A stretch of DNA of 64,000 nt from Kiritimatiellia bacterium (GTDB taxonomy: Bacteria > Verrucomicrobiota > Kiritimatiellia > RFP12 > UBA1067), in NCBI GenBank assembly GCA_034003585.1, contig JAVEYH010000002.1, forward strand, positions 32,036 to 96,035, in the 5' to 3' direction. Positions 8,690 through 17,484 of the stretch are shown piece by piece (positions within the stretch are counted from its first letter, which is position 1; each line of letters opens with the position of its first letter). A model generated the notes under the pieces. The model made no database searches. It worked only from the letters and a program-made list of their open reading frames with translations, and had not been told where the DNA came from. Position numbers and translations under genes: made by a program.

Positions 8690-10417
8690 GTGAGCACACC
8701 TGAGCAACACGGGCAACGGAAAGCAAAACCCAGAATCGTGGTGATCGGCGGAGTGGCCGCAGGGCCCAAAGCGGCCTCACGCCTGATCCGGCTGAACCCG
8801 GACGCCGAAGTGACGATCATCGAGAAAGGGTCCTTGCTCTCCTATGCGGGCTGCGGCCTGCCCTATTATGTTTCCGGCGTGGTCAAAGAACAGAAAGAGC
8901 TGATGAGCACACCGGCCGGCGTGGTGCGCGACCCGGTTTTCTTCAGCAAGGTCAAGAACGTGCATGTACGCAACGCGACCGTGGCGCTGCGCATCGACCG
9001 CGAGAAGAAACGCGTGGGCGTGGCGCCCGTCGGCGGCGCAGAGCCGACCGAATGGCTCGCCTATGACAAGCTGTTGCTCTGCACCGGCGCGCGGCCGGTC
9101 AAACCGCCCCTGCCCGGCGTAGACAAGACCGGCGTGTACACCCTGCACGAGGTGGAGGATGCCGAGGGGATCAAGACAGCCCTGTCTGAGACCCGGGCCA
9201 AGGATGTGGTGATTGTGGGCGGCGGACTGATCGGCGTGGAGATGACCGAGGCGCTGGCCGGGCACGGCTGCCGCGTGACGGTCGTAGAAAAACTGGATCA
9301 GATTCTCCCGATGCTCGACGCGCACATGGCGCGCCTCGTTGAAAAGCACATGGAGTCCAAAGGCGTGCGCGTAATGACCGGCGCCGGCGTGGAGGCGATC
9401 CTGGGCCGGGCCGATGACGATCTGCGCGTGGGCACGGTGCGGACCTCCGTGGGAACCCTGCCCGCCGACATGGTGATCCTTTCGATCGGCGTGCGGCCCA
9501 ACACCGATCTGGCGCAAGACGCGGGTCTGACGATCTGCGGGCGCACACGCGCCATCGCCGTCAACGGGCACATGCAGACCTCCGACCCCGACATCTACGC
9601 GGCCGGCGACTGTGTGGCGGTCAACCACCGGATGACCGGCCAACCCGCCTTCCTCCCGCTGGGCTCGACCGCCAACAAGCAGGGCCGCGTGGCCGCGAAC
9701 CACATCTGCGGCATCGCGGATGCATTCCCCGGCGTGCTGGGCAGCGCGGTCTGCAAGGTCTTCGACTTCTGCGTGGCGCGGACCGGCCTGACCGAGCGCG
9801 AGGCACGCGCGGCCGGCTATGACACGGAGGTCACGCTGACCCCCGCGCCGGACCAGGCGCATTTCATGCCGGGCGCGCGCCTGCTGGTCCTGAAGCTGGT
9901 CGCCGACCGCGCGACGCGCCGGCTGCTCGGCGCGCAGGCGGTCGGACCCGGCGCGGGCGACAAGCGGATCGACGTCGCCGCCATGGCCCTCACCGCCGGC
10001 ATGACGGTCGACCAGCTCGCGCACGCGGACCTCTGCTACGCGCCGCCGTTCTCGCCCGCGGTGGACAACATCCTGACCGCGGCCGACGTGATGCGCAACA
10101 AGCTGGACGGACTGTTCACCGGCGTCTCGGCCGGAACGCTACAGGCCGAACTCGATTCGGCCCCCCCCCCGGTCCTGCTTGACGTCCGCACGCCGGACGA
10201 GTTCAAATCCATGCGCCTGCCCGGCTCGCTCTCCATCCCGCTCGGCGCATTGCGCTCGCGGCTGCACGAGGTGCCGCGCGACCGCCCGGTGGTCGCGTTC
10301 TGCAAAATCTCCCTGCGCGGTTACGAAGCAGCCCGGATCCTCAAGGCGGCGGGTTACACCGACGTTCGCGTGCTCGACGGCGGGCTCGCCACCTGGCCTT
10401 ACGATTTGGAGAAATGA
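8690..10417 (+). CDS. CoA-disulfide reductase / NADH-dependent persulfide reductase type: a pyridine-nucleotide-disulfide oxidoreductase with a C-terminal rhodanese domain.
   Basis: The GTG start at 8690 is preceded by GGAAAGGAAACGG, and the 5' part of track ORF 8216..10417 overlaps nikR on the opposite strand. It has an FAD motif (RIVVIGGVAAGPKAA), a CoADR redox Cys motif (SYAGCGLPYY), an NAD(P) site (VVIVGGGLIGVEMTEAL) and a C-terminal rhodanese region (LLDVRTPDEF...VVAFCKISLRGYEAARIL) with an active-site Cys. Confidence 0.75.
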   Translation: MSTPEQHGQRKAKPRIVVIGGVAAGPKAASRLIRLNPDAEVTIIEKGSLLSYAGCGLPYYVSGVVKEQKELMSTPAGVVRDPVFFSKVKNVHVRNATVALRIDREKKRVGVAPVGGAEPTEWLAYDKLLLCTGARPVKPPLPGVDKTGVYTLHEVEDAEGIKTALSETRAKDVVIVGGGLIGVEMTEALAGHGCRVTVVEKLDQILPMLDAHMARLVEKHMESKGVRVMTGAGVEAILGRADDDLRVGTVRTSVGTLPADMVILSIGVRPNTDLAQDAGLTICGRTRAIAVNGHMQTSDPDIYAAGDCVAVNHRMTGQPAFLPLGSTANKQGRVAANHICGIADAFPGVLGSAVCKVFDFCVARTGLTEREARAAGYDTEVTLTPAPDQAHFMPGARLLVLKLVADRATRRLLGAQAVGPGAGDKRIDVAAMALTAGMTVDQLAHADLCYAPPFSPAVDNILTAADVMRNKLDGLFTGVSAGTLQAELDSAPPPVLLDVRTPDEFKSMRLPGSLSIPLGALRSRLHEVPRDRPVVAFCKISLRGYEAARILKAAGYTDVRVLDGGLATWPYDLEK

Positions 10418-10433
10418 TCCCCAAGGAGTCCCC

Positions 10434-13364
10434 ATGCGGAAAATCATGGATTGCTGTCTGCGGCGCCCCGCTTCCGTGACCTGGCTCATGGCCGGCACCA
10501 CGCTGGCCCTGCTGCTGCTGGCGGCGCTGCCCACGGCCGCGCCCTCACTCTTCCCCTTCCTGCACGGCGCGAAGATCGACACCGACCCGGAGAACATGCT
10601 CTCGCCGCAAGAGCCGGTGCGCGTCTTCCACAACGCGAAGAAAAAAGAGTTCGCGCTGGCCGACATGCTGGTTGTGGGCGTGGTCAACGACCGCGCGCCG
10701 GATCATGTCTTCAACCCCGCCACCCTGCGCGATGTGCACGATCTGACCGAATACGCCAAGACGCTGCGCGGCGCGGCGATCGGCAAGCCGGACGATCCAC
10801 AGGCCGGCGTGATCGAGATCGACATCCTCGCGCCCTCCACGGTGGACAACGTCGAGCAGGGCGGACTCGGCAGCGTCCGCTTCGAGTGGCTGATGCCGGA
10901 ACCGCCCGCCACCCCTGAGGCCGCGCGCGCGGTGCGCGACAAGGCTATGAACCTGCCTTTCATGAAAGGCACGCTGGTCTCAGAGGACGGCCAGGCGCTG
11001 GCGCTCTATATCCCGTTGACCGACAAACACCTTTCCTACGCTGTCGCGCGGCGGCTCAAAGAGAAAATCGCCTCCTTCACCTCCGGCGACGAGTACCACA
11101 TCACCGGCCTGCCCGTGGCCGAGGACACCTTTGGCGTGGAGATGTTCAAGCAGATGGCGATCTCCGCGCCGACCGCCATGCTGATCATATTTCTGCTGCT
11201 CCTGCTCTTCTTCCGCAAGCTGGCGCTGATCCTTTCGCCTCTGATCGTCGCGGTCGTGAGCTGCATCGTGACCATGGCGCTGCTGGTCGCCACCGGCCAC
11301 ACGATCCATATCATGAGCAGCATGATCCCGATCTTCATCATGCCGATCGCCGTATTGGACGCGATTCACATCCTCTCGGAGTTCTTCGACCGCTATCAGG
11401 AGAGCAAAGACCGTGCGACAGCCATCCGGCATGTCATGGACACCCTGTTCACGCCGATGCTTTACACCAGCCTGACCACGGCGGTCGGCTTCCTCTCGCT
11501 GGCCCTCACACCGATCCCGCCGGTGCAGGTCTTCGGCATCTTCATCGCCATCGGCGTGATGGTGGCGTGGGTCTGGACCATCGCCTTCATCCCTGCCTCA
11601 GTGATGTTCATCAGGCCGGAGACGCTGGCCAACTTCGGCCTTACGGAGCACAACGCGCAAGCCGAGTCGCACTCGCTGATGACGCGCGTGCTGCGCGGCG
11701 TGGGCCGGGGCACATACCGCTACGCCCAACTGATCCTGGCCGGCACGGCGCTGCTGACCGCGGTGGCGCTCTGGGGCATGAGCCGCATCGTGATCAACGA
11801 CAACCCGGTCAAATGGTTCAAGCCCGCCCACCCGATCCGCGTGGCGGACAAGGCGCTCAACAGGCACTTCGGCGGCACCTACATGGGCTATCTGGCGCTG
11901 CGCCCCTCCGGCGAGCTGCCCGCCCCGCCCCGCATGAGCGCGGCGCTGGCAGGTCCCATGCGCCAGCGCGCTGCGGCGCTGAAGGCCAACGGCACGGAAG
12001 GCGCGGAAACGGTCTTCGCCGCCCTCACGGCCAAGGCCGAGTCGCTGGACCGGAGCGCGGCGGACCGCGACGCGTTCTTTGACCAGCTTCAGGCGTTCGT
12101 CGCGCAGCAGACCGATGCCGCGCCGGACGCGCGGTTCGACGCCTGGGACGCCGCCGGGCTCTTTGTCAGCGCGCAGGCGCAGAGCGGGCAGACCTTCAAG
12201 GACCCCGCCGTGCTGCGCTGGGTCGCGGCCCTGCAGGAACACCTGCTGACAATCCGGAGCCCGGACGGGCGTCCGCTGGTGGGCAAGAGCAACTCGATCG
12301 CGGACCTCGTGCGCACGGTGTACCGCGAACTGATGGAAGGCAAGCCGGAGTACTACCGCATCCCCGACTCCCGCGAAGGCGTGGCGCAGACGGTCATGCA
12401 GTACGAAAGCTCGCACCGTCCGCATGACCTCGCGCATTTCGTGCGCACCGACACCTGGCGCGACACCAGCGTCTGGATCCAGCAGAAAAGCGGCGACAAC
12501 CGCGACATGAAGGTGGTCGTCGATGCGGTCGAAACCTACGTGGCCGCCAACCCGCCGCCGTCCGACCTGAAAGCCGAGTGGTTCGGCCTGACCTACATCA
12601 ACGTGGTGTGGCAGGCCAAGATGGTCAACGGTATGCTGGTCTCTTTCCTCGGCAGCTTCGCCGCGGTCTGGTTCATGATGATCCTTCTCTTCCGTTCGGC
12701 GCTCTGGGGGTTCCTCTCCATGCTGCCGCTGACCGTCACCATCGGCCTGATCTACGGGTTGATCGGCATCGTGGGCAAGGACTACGACATGCCGGTCGCG
12801 GTGCTCTCGTCGCTCAGCCTCGGCATGGCCGTGGATTACGCGATCCACTTCCTCTCGCGCGCCAAAGAGATGCAGGCCCGGCACGGCTCGTGGCAGGCGG
12901 CCTCGGGGCCGATGTTCGGCGAACCCGCGCGCGCCATCACCCGCAACGTGATCGTCATCGGCGTGGGCTTTTTGCCGCTGCTGGCCGCGCCGCTGGTGCC
13001 CTACAAGACCGTCGGCACCTTCATCGCCGCGATCCTGCTTTTCGCGGGCGTGACCACGCTCTTCCTGCTGCCCGCGCTGATCCGCCTGCTGGAGAACCGG
13101 CTTTTCCCGAAAGCGGGCGCGGTTTTCGTGTGCCGCTGCGGCACCTGCTTCTTCGCGGCGGTGTCCGGCTTGCTGACCGTGGCGCTCAACGTCCAGCTCT
13201 TCGCCGATGTCGCCTGGACTACGGTGTCATACGCGAGCCTGGCCTGCATCGCGCTGGTGGCGCTCTTCTGTTTCCTCAGCGGCCGCCGTAAAACCTGTCT
13301 TCGGAAACAGCCCGGCCCGTCCGGCCTGTCCGACCCGTCCGGCAAAACCAAGGAGACCCCATGA
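10434..13364 (+). CDS. RND-superfamily exporter of the MMPL / HpnN-like type (two repeated membrane domains).
   Basis: The ATG at 10434 follows AAGGAG, and the 5' extension of the track ORF is rejected. It is 976 aa with two 6-TM blocks, each followed by a soluble domain. Motifs such as AISAPTAMLIIFLLLLLFFR and LGMAVDYAIHFLSR are characteristic of MMPL/RND exporters. Confidence 0.75.
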   Translation: MRKIMDCCLRRPASVTWLMAGTTLALLLLAALPTAAPSLFPFLHGAKIDTDPENMLSPQEPVRVFHNAKKKEFALADMLVVGVVNDRAPDHVFNPATLRDVHDLTEYAKTLRGAAIGKPDDPQAGVIEIDILAPSTVDNVEQGGLGSVRFEWLMPEPPATPEAARAVRDKAMNLPFMKGTLVSEDGQALALYIPLTDKHLSYAVARRLKEKIASFTSGDEYHITGLPVAEDTFGVEMFKQMAISAPTAMLIIFLLLLLFFRKLALILSPLIVAVVSCIVTMALLVATGHTIHIMSSMIPIFIMPIAVLDAIHILSEFFDRYQESKDRATAIRHVMDTLFTPMLYTSLTTAVGFLSLALTPIPPVQVFGIFIAIGVMVAWVWTIAFIPASVMFIRPETLANFGLTEHNAQAESHSLMTRVLRGVGRGTYRYAQLILAGTALLTAVALWGMSRIVINDNPVKWFKPAHPIRVADKALNRHFGGTYMGYLALRPSGELPAPPRMSAALAGPMRQRAAALKANGTEGAETVFAALTAKAESLDRSAADRDAFFDQLQAFVAQQTDAAPDARFDAWDAAGLFVSAQAQSGQTFKDPAVLRWVAALQEHLLTIRSPDGRPLVGKSNSIADLVRTVYRELMEGKPEYYRIPDSREGVAQTVMQYESSHRPHDLAHFVRTDTWRDTSVWIQQKSGDNRDMKVVVDAVETYVAANPPPSDLKAEWFGLTYINVVWQAKMVNGMLVSFLGSFAAVWFMMILLFRSALWGFLSMLPLTVTIGLIYGLIGIVGKDYDMPVAVLSSLSLGMAVDYAIHFLSRAKEMQARHGSWQAASGPMFGEPARAITRNVIVIGVGFLPLLAAPLVPYKTVGTFIAAILLFAGVTTLFLLPALIRLLENRLFPKAGAVFVCRCGTCFFAAVSGLLTVALNVQLFADVAWTTVSYASLACIALVALFCFLSGRRKTCLRKQPGPSGLSDPSGKTKETP

Positions 13365-14170
13365 AACACACCCTGACCGCCCTGTTTGTTGCCCTGGCCG
13401 CCGGCCTCGCGCTGGCGCAGCCCGTCCCCTCTGTCAACGAGATCGTCGCCAAGGCCAACCGTGCCGCCCACTATCAGGGGCGCGACGGGAAGGCCAAGGT
13501 CTCGATGGCCATCCAGGACGCGCAGGGACGCCAGCGTACCCGCGAGTTCACGATCCTGCGGCTCGACCTCGAACCCGCGGGCGACACCTCCGACACCTTC
13601 ACCGGCGACCAGAAGATGTACGTCTTCTTCGATCGTCCGGCTGACGTGCACAAGACCGCCTACCTGGTCCACAAGCATGTGGGCCGGGATGACGACCGCT
13701 GGCTTTACCTGCCCGGCCTCAACCTGGTGAAGCGCATCGCGGCCTCGGACAAGCGCACCAGTTTCGTGGGCTCCGATTTTTTCTATGAGGATGTCTCCGG
13801 CCGCAATCCCGATGACGACAACCACGCGCTGGCGGAGACCACCGACACCTATTATGTTCTCCAGAGCACGCCCAAGGACCCCAAGAGCGTGGAGTTCGCC
13901 TCCTACAAGGTCTGGGTGCACAAGAGCAGCTTCATCCCGGTCAAGGCCGAGTATTACGACGCGGCCGGCCAGAAGATCCGCGAAGGCCAGGCGCTGGAGG
14001 TGCGGCCGATCCAGGGCTTCCCCACCGTCACCCGGTCCCGGATGAAAGATCTGCGCTCCGGCAGCGGCACAACGGTCTCCTACACCCAAGTCGAGTACAA
14101 CGTCGGCCTGGAGGAAGACCTCTTCACCGAACGCTACCTGCGCAACCCGCCCCGGGCGAAATTGCGGTGA
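13361..14170 (+). CDS. Outer-membrane lipoprotein-sorting (LolA-like) protein of the kind that accompanies MMPL exporters.
   Basis: It has a signal peptide (MKHTLTALFVALAAGLALAQ) and a 4-nt overlap with the upstream exporter. Its ~270-aa size and pairing with an MMPL gene are typical. The family assignment is from memory. Confidence 0.55.
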   Translation: MKHTLTALFVALAAGLALAQPVPSVNEIVAKANRAAHYQGRDGKAKVSMAIQDAQGRQRTREFTILRLDLEPAGDTSDTFTGDQKMYVFFDRPADVHKTAYLVHKHVGRDDDRWLYLPGLNLVKRIAASDKRTSFVGSDFFYEDVSGRNPDDDNHALAETTDTYYVLQSTPKDPKSVEFASYKVWVHKSSFIPVKAEYYDAAGQKIREGQALEVRPIQGFPTVTRSRMKDLRSGSGTTVSYTQVEYNVGLEEDLFTERYLRNPPRAKLR

Positions 14171-14325
14171 CGGGAAAACGCGTGCGGTGGAAAAGGAACC
14201 CGAATGGATGAGGCGCCCGGCATCGGATTGAAGCGAAAGCTGTTCTGTGGTACAGTTCCGGCCGGCTGGGATGTTCGCGCAGGGCCGGCCTCAGGAGGGA
14301 GGCGGGCACAAGGGAAGGCCAGGCG

Positions 14326-14622
14326 ATGAAACTGGTGATGGCGGTTTACAACATCGGGGTGGATGAGGAGGTCATGGCGGCGATGGAACGGGGGGGCGTC
14401 GCCTGCTTCACCAAGATGCCGCGGGTTGTGGGAAAAGGCAAGACCACCGGACCGCGTCTGGACAACAGCGTCTGGCCGGGCGCGAACACGCTGTCGCTGT
14501 TCGTGGTGCCGGATGAGCGCGCGCAGGACGTGATGCGGGTATTTGAAGACCTCCGCGCCACCATCGGACGTAAAGCGGGGGTCAAGGCGTTCCTCCTCAA
14601 CGTGGAGCAACAAACCGCGTAA
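14326..14622 (+). CDS. Small PII/GlnB-like signal-transduction-family protein (tentative).
   Basis: It is 98 aa. Its segment TKMPRVVGKGKTTGPRLD resembles the PII T-loop region (TEVKGFGRQKG), and GVKAFLLNVEQ resembles the PII C-terminal beta strand. No search was run. Confidence 0.35.
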   Translation: MKLVMAVYNIGVDEEVMAAMERGGVACFTKMPRVVGKGKTTGPRLDNSVWPGANTLSLFVVPDERAQDVMRVFEDLRATIGRKAGVKAFLLNVEQQTA

Positions 14623-14683
14623 CGATATGGGCGCGCGGCCGTGTGCGGCAGGCCGCGGGCATTGTGAAAGGATCGGAAACGAC

Positions 14684-15328
14684 ATGGGCAGAGCGCGCAA
14701 AGCCGAGATCGGCGACCGGATGGTGAAACGGTTTCCCCTGTATCTCCGTGTTTTGCGGGAGATGGCGGAGCAGGGTGAACCCTACGCTTCCGGAGCGGTG
14801 GTTGCCAAAGCGTTGTCGCTGGACCCGATCGTGGTGCGCAAGGATCTCTCCCGGACCGGCGTGCGCGGCACGCCGCGTCTGGGGTTTCCGCTTCGCGAGG
14901 TGATCGCCGCCATCGAACGTTTCCTCGGCTGGAACGCCCATACCGAAGCGGTACTGGCCGGCGCGGGGCGTCTGGGCTCCGCCCTGCTGGGGTACCCCGG
15001 TTTTCAGGACCAGGGATTCAAGATTGTGGCAGCCTTTGACGCGAATCCGCGGAAACGCGGCCGGATCGCGGGGGTGCCCGTCTATCCCGCGGATCAACTC
15101 GCCAACAAAGCCCGCACGCTGGGCGTGTCGCTCGGGATTCTCACGGTGCCGGCCGGCCAGGCGCAGGCCGCGGCGGACGCCATGATGGCCGGCGGGATCC
15201 GGGGAATCTGGAATTTCACGCCCGTACAGCTCGCGGTGCCCTCGGATGTGATCGTCAAACGCGAAGACCTGGCCGCCGGACTGGCGGTGCTCTCCCACCG
15301 GTTGCGTCAAGGGGGCGCCACCGCATGA
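14684..15328 (+). CDS. rex: Redox-sensing transcriptional repressor Rex.
   Basis: The internal ATG at 14684 (MGRARKAEIGDRMVKRFPLYLRVLREM...) gives a ~214-aa protein. It has a winged-helix N-terminus and a Rossmann NADH-binding domain (VLAGAGRLGSALLGY...KIVAAFD...GIRGIWNFTP). Confidence 0.85.
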   Translation: MGRARKAEIGDRMVKRFPLYLRVLREMAEQGEPYASGAVVAKALSLDPIVVRKDLSRTGVRGTPRLGFPLREVIAAIERFLGWNAHTEAVLAGAGRLGSALLGYPGFQDQGFKIVAAFDANPRKRGRIAGVPVYPADQLANKARTLGVSLGILTVPAGQAQAAADAMMAGGIRGIWNFTPVQLAVPSDVIVKREDLAAGLAVLSHRLRQGGATA

Positions 15329-16476
15329 CTGTGGGCATGGATGTGCTGGCCACGCGACGCTTTGACGCCCTGCGCGGCAAACGCGTGGGCCTGTTGAGTC
15401 ATCAGGCCGCGCGGACGCGCGGCGGCGCGACGTCGGCGCAACGGCTGCGCGCCGCACTGGGCGACCGGCTGGTGGCACTCTACGGCCCGGAGCACGGTTT
15501 TTTCGGCCAGGCGGGCGCGGGCGTGCGCACTGCCTCGCGTCGACATCCCGACTGGGGCATCCCGGTTCACTCCCTTTACGGGGACCGGCGCAAACCGGCG
15601 CCCGCCATGCTGTCGGGCGTGGACCTCATGGTCTGCGACCTGCAGGACCTCGGCGTGCGCTGTTACACCTATCTCGCCACCCTTCGCAACATGCTGGAGG
15701 CGTGCCGGGAAGCGGGAATCCCTGTGCTGGTCACTGACCGGCCCATCCCGCTGCCCCGCGCGGTCGACGGCCCCATGCCGGAAGCCGGCGCGCTCGGGTT
15801 TGTCGCGCCCTGCGCGGTTCCGCTGGTCTACGGCATGACCCCGGCGGAAAGCGCCCGCTGGATGCGGCACACCCTGTTTCCCGACCTGCGTCTTGACGTG
15901 CTTCCCATGGAGGGCTGGTCTCGTGAGGACGCGGCCTGGGATGGCGGGCGCCCCGCGTTTTTGCCGCCGTCCCCCGGAATCAAGACGTGGGAGAGCGCCA
16001 TGACCTATGCGGCCACGGTCTTCTGCGAAGCGCTGCCCGGAATCGATTGCGGCCGCGGCACCAATCTGGCGTTCCGCGTTCTGGGCGCGCCGTGGCTGCG
16101 CGCGGAACGTACCTGCGCGCGGCTGGCGGCCCTGCGCGCGGCTGGCGCCTCCTTCACCCCGCACCGGTACACCGCGGTCGGGGGCGCATATGACGGCCGC
16201 GAGCTCGACGGCCTGCTGCTGACCGTCACCGACCCCGCGCGTTTCGCCCCGGCCACCGTCTCCCTGGCGCTGCTGCAGACCCTGGCGGAACAGTACGGCC
16301 CGCACCGCGTCTGGCGCCACAAGGGCGTGCGGCCGGCCTGGTTCGACACGCTGTACGGGACCGCGGCGGCGCGGCGGGACCTGTGCAGGGGCCGGCCGTT
16401 CCGCGAGATCGCTGCGGGATGGCGCGCCGCGCACCGGGCGTTCCGGACCGCGCGCGCCGCGGCGCTGTTGTATTGA
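15325..16476 (+). CDS. DUF1343 family protein (NamZ-like exo-beta-N-acetylmuramidase family).
   Basis: It is 383 aa. The N-terminal region RVGLLSHQAA...LVALYGPEHGFFGQAG fits the DUF1343 signature as I recall it. Its ATG overlaps the rex stop in an ATGA arrangement. Confidence 0.5.
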   Translation: MTVGMDVLATRRFDALRGKRVGLLSHQAARTRGGATSAQRLRAALGDRLVALYGPEHGFFGQAGAGVRTASRRHPDWGIPVHSLYGDRRKPAPAMLSGVDLMVCDLQDLGVRCYTYLATLRNMLEACREAGIPVLVTDRPIPLPRAVDGPMPEAGALGFVAPCAVPLVYGMTPAESARWMRHTLFPDLRLDVLPMEGWSREDAAWDGGRPAFLPPSPGIKTWESAMTYAATVFCEALPGIDCGRGTNLAFRVLGAPWLRAERTCARLAALRAAGASFTPHRYTAVGGAYDGRELDGLLLTVTDPARFAPATVSLALLQTLAEQYGPHRVWRHKGVRPAWFDTLYGTAAARRDLCRGRPFREIAAGWRAAHRAFRTARAAALLY

Positions 16477-16477
16477 C

Positions 16478-17410
16478 TCAGAAGAAGCGGCGGCGGGCGA
16501 GCACAATCACCACGACCAGCGAGAGCAGCAGCGAAACGCCCATGAGGATGGGGAAGGCGTGCTCATACTGGCCCAGAGGCAGTTTCACATTCATGCCGTA
16601 AATGCTGGCCACCAGCGTGGGCAGCATGAGCACGATCGTGATGGAGGTCAGATACTTCATCACGTTATTGAGGTTGTTCGAAATGATCGAAGCGAAGGTG
16701 TCGAGCGTGCCGGTGAGGATGTTGCTGTGGATCGTGGCCATCTCCAGCGCCTGCCGGTACTCCACCGCCACGTCCTCCAGCACATCGAGATCCTTGTCGG
16801 GGATGTCCAACTGGCGCGTGTGCTCGACGCGTCCGATCAGGATGTCGTTCGCCTTCAGTGAGGTGGTGAAGTAAACCAGACTCTTCTCGATGTTCAGCAG
16901 GCGCATCAGCGCCTCGTTGGAGATCGATTCGTGCAGGTCCTGCTCAACCATGTCGGCGCGCTGGCGGATGTCGCGCAGATACCGCAGGTAAAGGATGGCC
17001 GAATGCCAGAGAAGCTGGAACGCGAACCGGAACTGGTCCTCGGGCGGGCAGACGCGCCGGATCTGGTCCAGGAAGGTGCTGGTGACCGGCGTCAGCCGGT
17101 TACAGATCGTGATCACATTGGACTGGGTGAGGACAATGCCGAGCGGCAACGTGTGGAACGGGATCAGATTCTCGTGCGGCTCATGATACGGGACATGCAC
17201 GATCAGGAGTGTGGCCCCATCCTCAATCTCCAAACGGGGCCGCTCGTCCTTGTCCAGCGGGTCCGTGAGAAACTCGCGCGGGACACGGGTCAGCTCCTGG
17301 ACCCGCGCGATCTCTTCTGTGGAGGGGTCGGCCAGATTGATCCAGCAGGCTCCGGTCGGAGCGGCGACCTCCCGGAGACCTCCGTTCTCCCAATGATAGA
17401 TTGTGACCAT
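16478..17410 (-). CDS. corA: Magnesium/cobalt transporter CorA.
   Basis: It is 310 aa with a YGMNV (GMN) motif and two C-terminal TM helices. The ATG at 17410 was verified. Confidence 0.9.
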   Translation of the reverse strand: MVTIYHWENGGLREVAAPTGACWINLADPSTEEIARVQELTRVPREFLTDPLDKDERPRLEIEDGATLLIVHVPYHEPHENLIPFHTLPLGIVLTQSNVITICNRLTPVTSTFLDQIRRVCPPEDQFRFAFQLLWHSAILYLRYLRDIRQRADMVEQDLHESISNEALMRLLNIEKSLVYFTTSLKANDILIGRVEHTRQLDIPDKDLDVLEDVAVEYRQALEMATIHSNILTGTLDTFASIISNNLNNVMKYLTSITIVLMLPTLVASIYGMNVKLPLGQYEHAFPILMGVSLLLSLVVVIVLARRRFF

Positions 17411-17484
17411 AACCGCCTCCTCTCCGCACCAGCGGGCTCGTTTGTACTCTTATCCCCCACCTGATGCAAGCGGTTTCTTGACGG

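Noticed and set aside
8508-8693. 61-aa ORF inside the nikR/CoADR intergenic region
   Set aside because: It overlaps the predicted promoter and RBS of the CoADR gene, has no RBS of its own, and its composition is not protein-like. It is more likely a leader or regulatory region.
7800-14330. tRNA-Val-associated genomic island hypothesis for the nikR/exporter cassette
   Set aside because: There is no integrase or recombinase gene. No direct repeat of the tRNA 3' end (GGTTCGAGTCCCTCACCGCCCACCA) was found around 14171..14330, and no obvious compositional break. Linkage to the tRNA may be coincidental.
14623-14683. Rex operator upstream of rex
   Set aside because: Only one half-site (TTGTGAAA at 14662..14669) was found, with no matching TTCACAA partner at the canonical spacing. 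Autoregulation is plausible but unsupported.
17411-17484. Mg2+ riboswitch (M-box) in the corA leader
   Set aside because: The leader is only 74 nt, far shorter than the ~160-nt M-box, and I see no conserved M-box elements.
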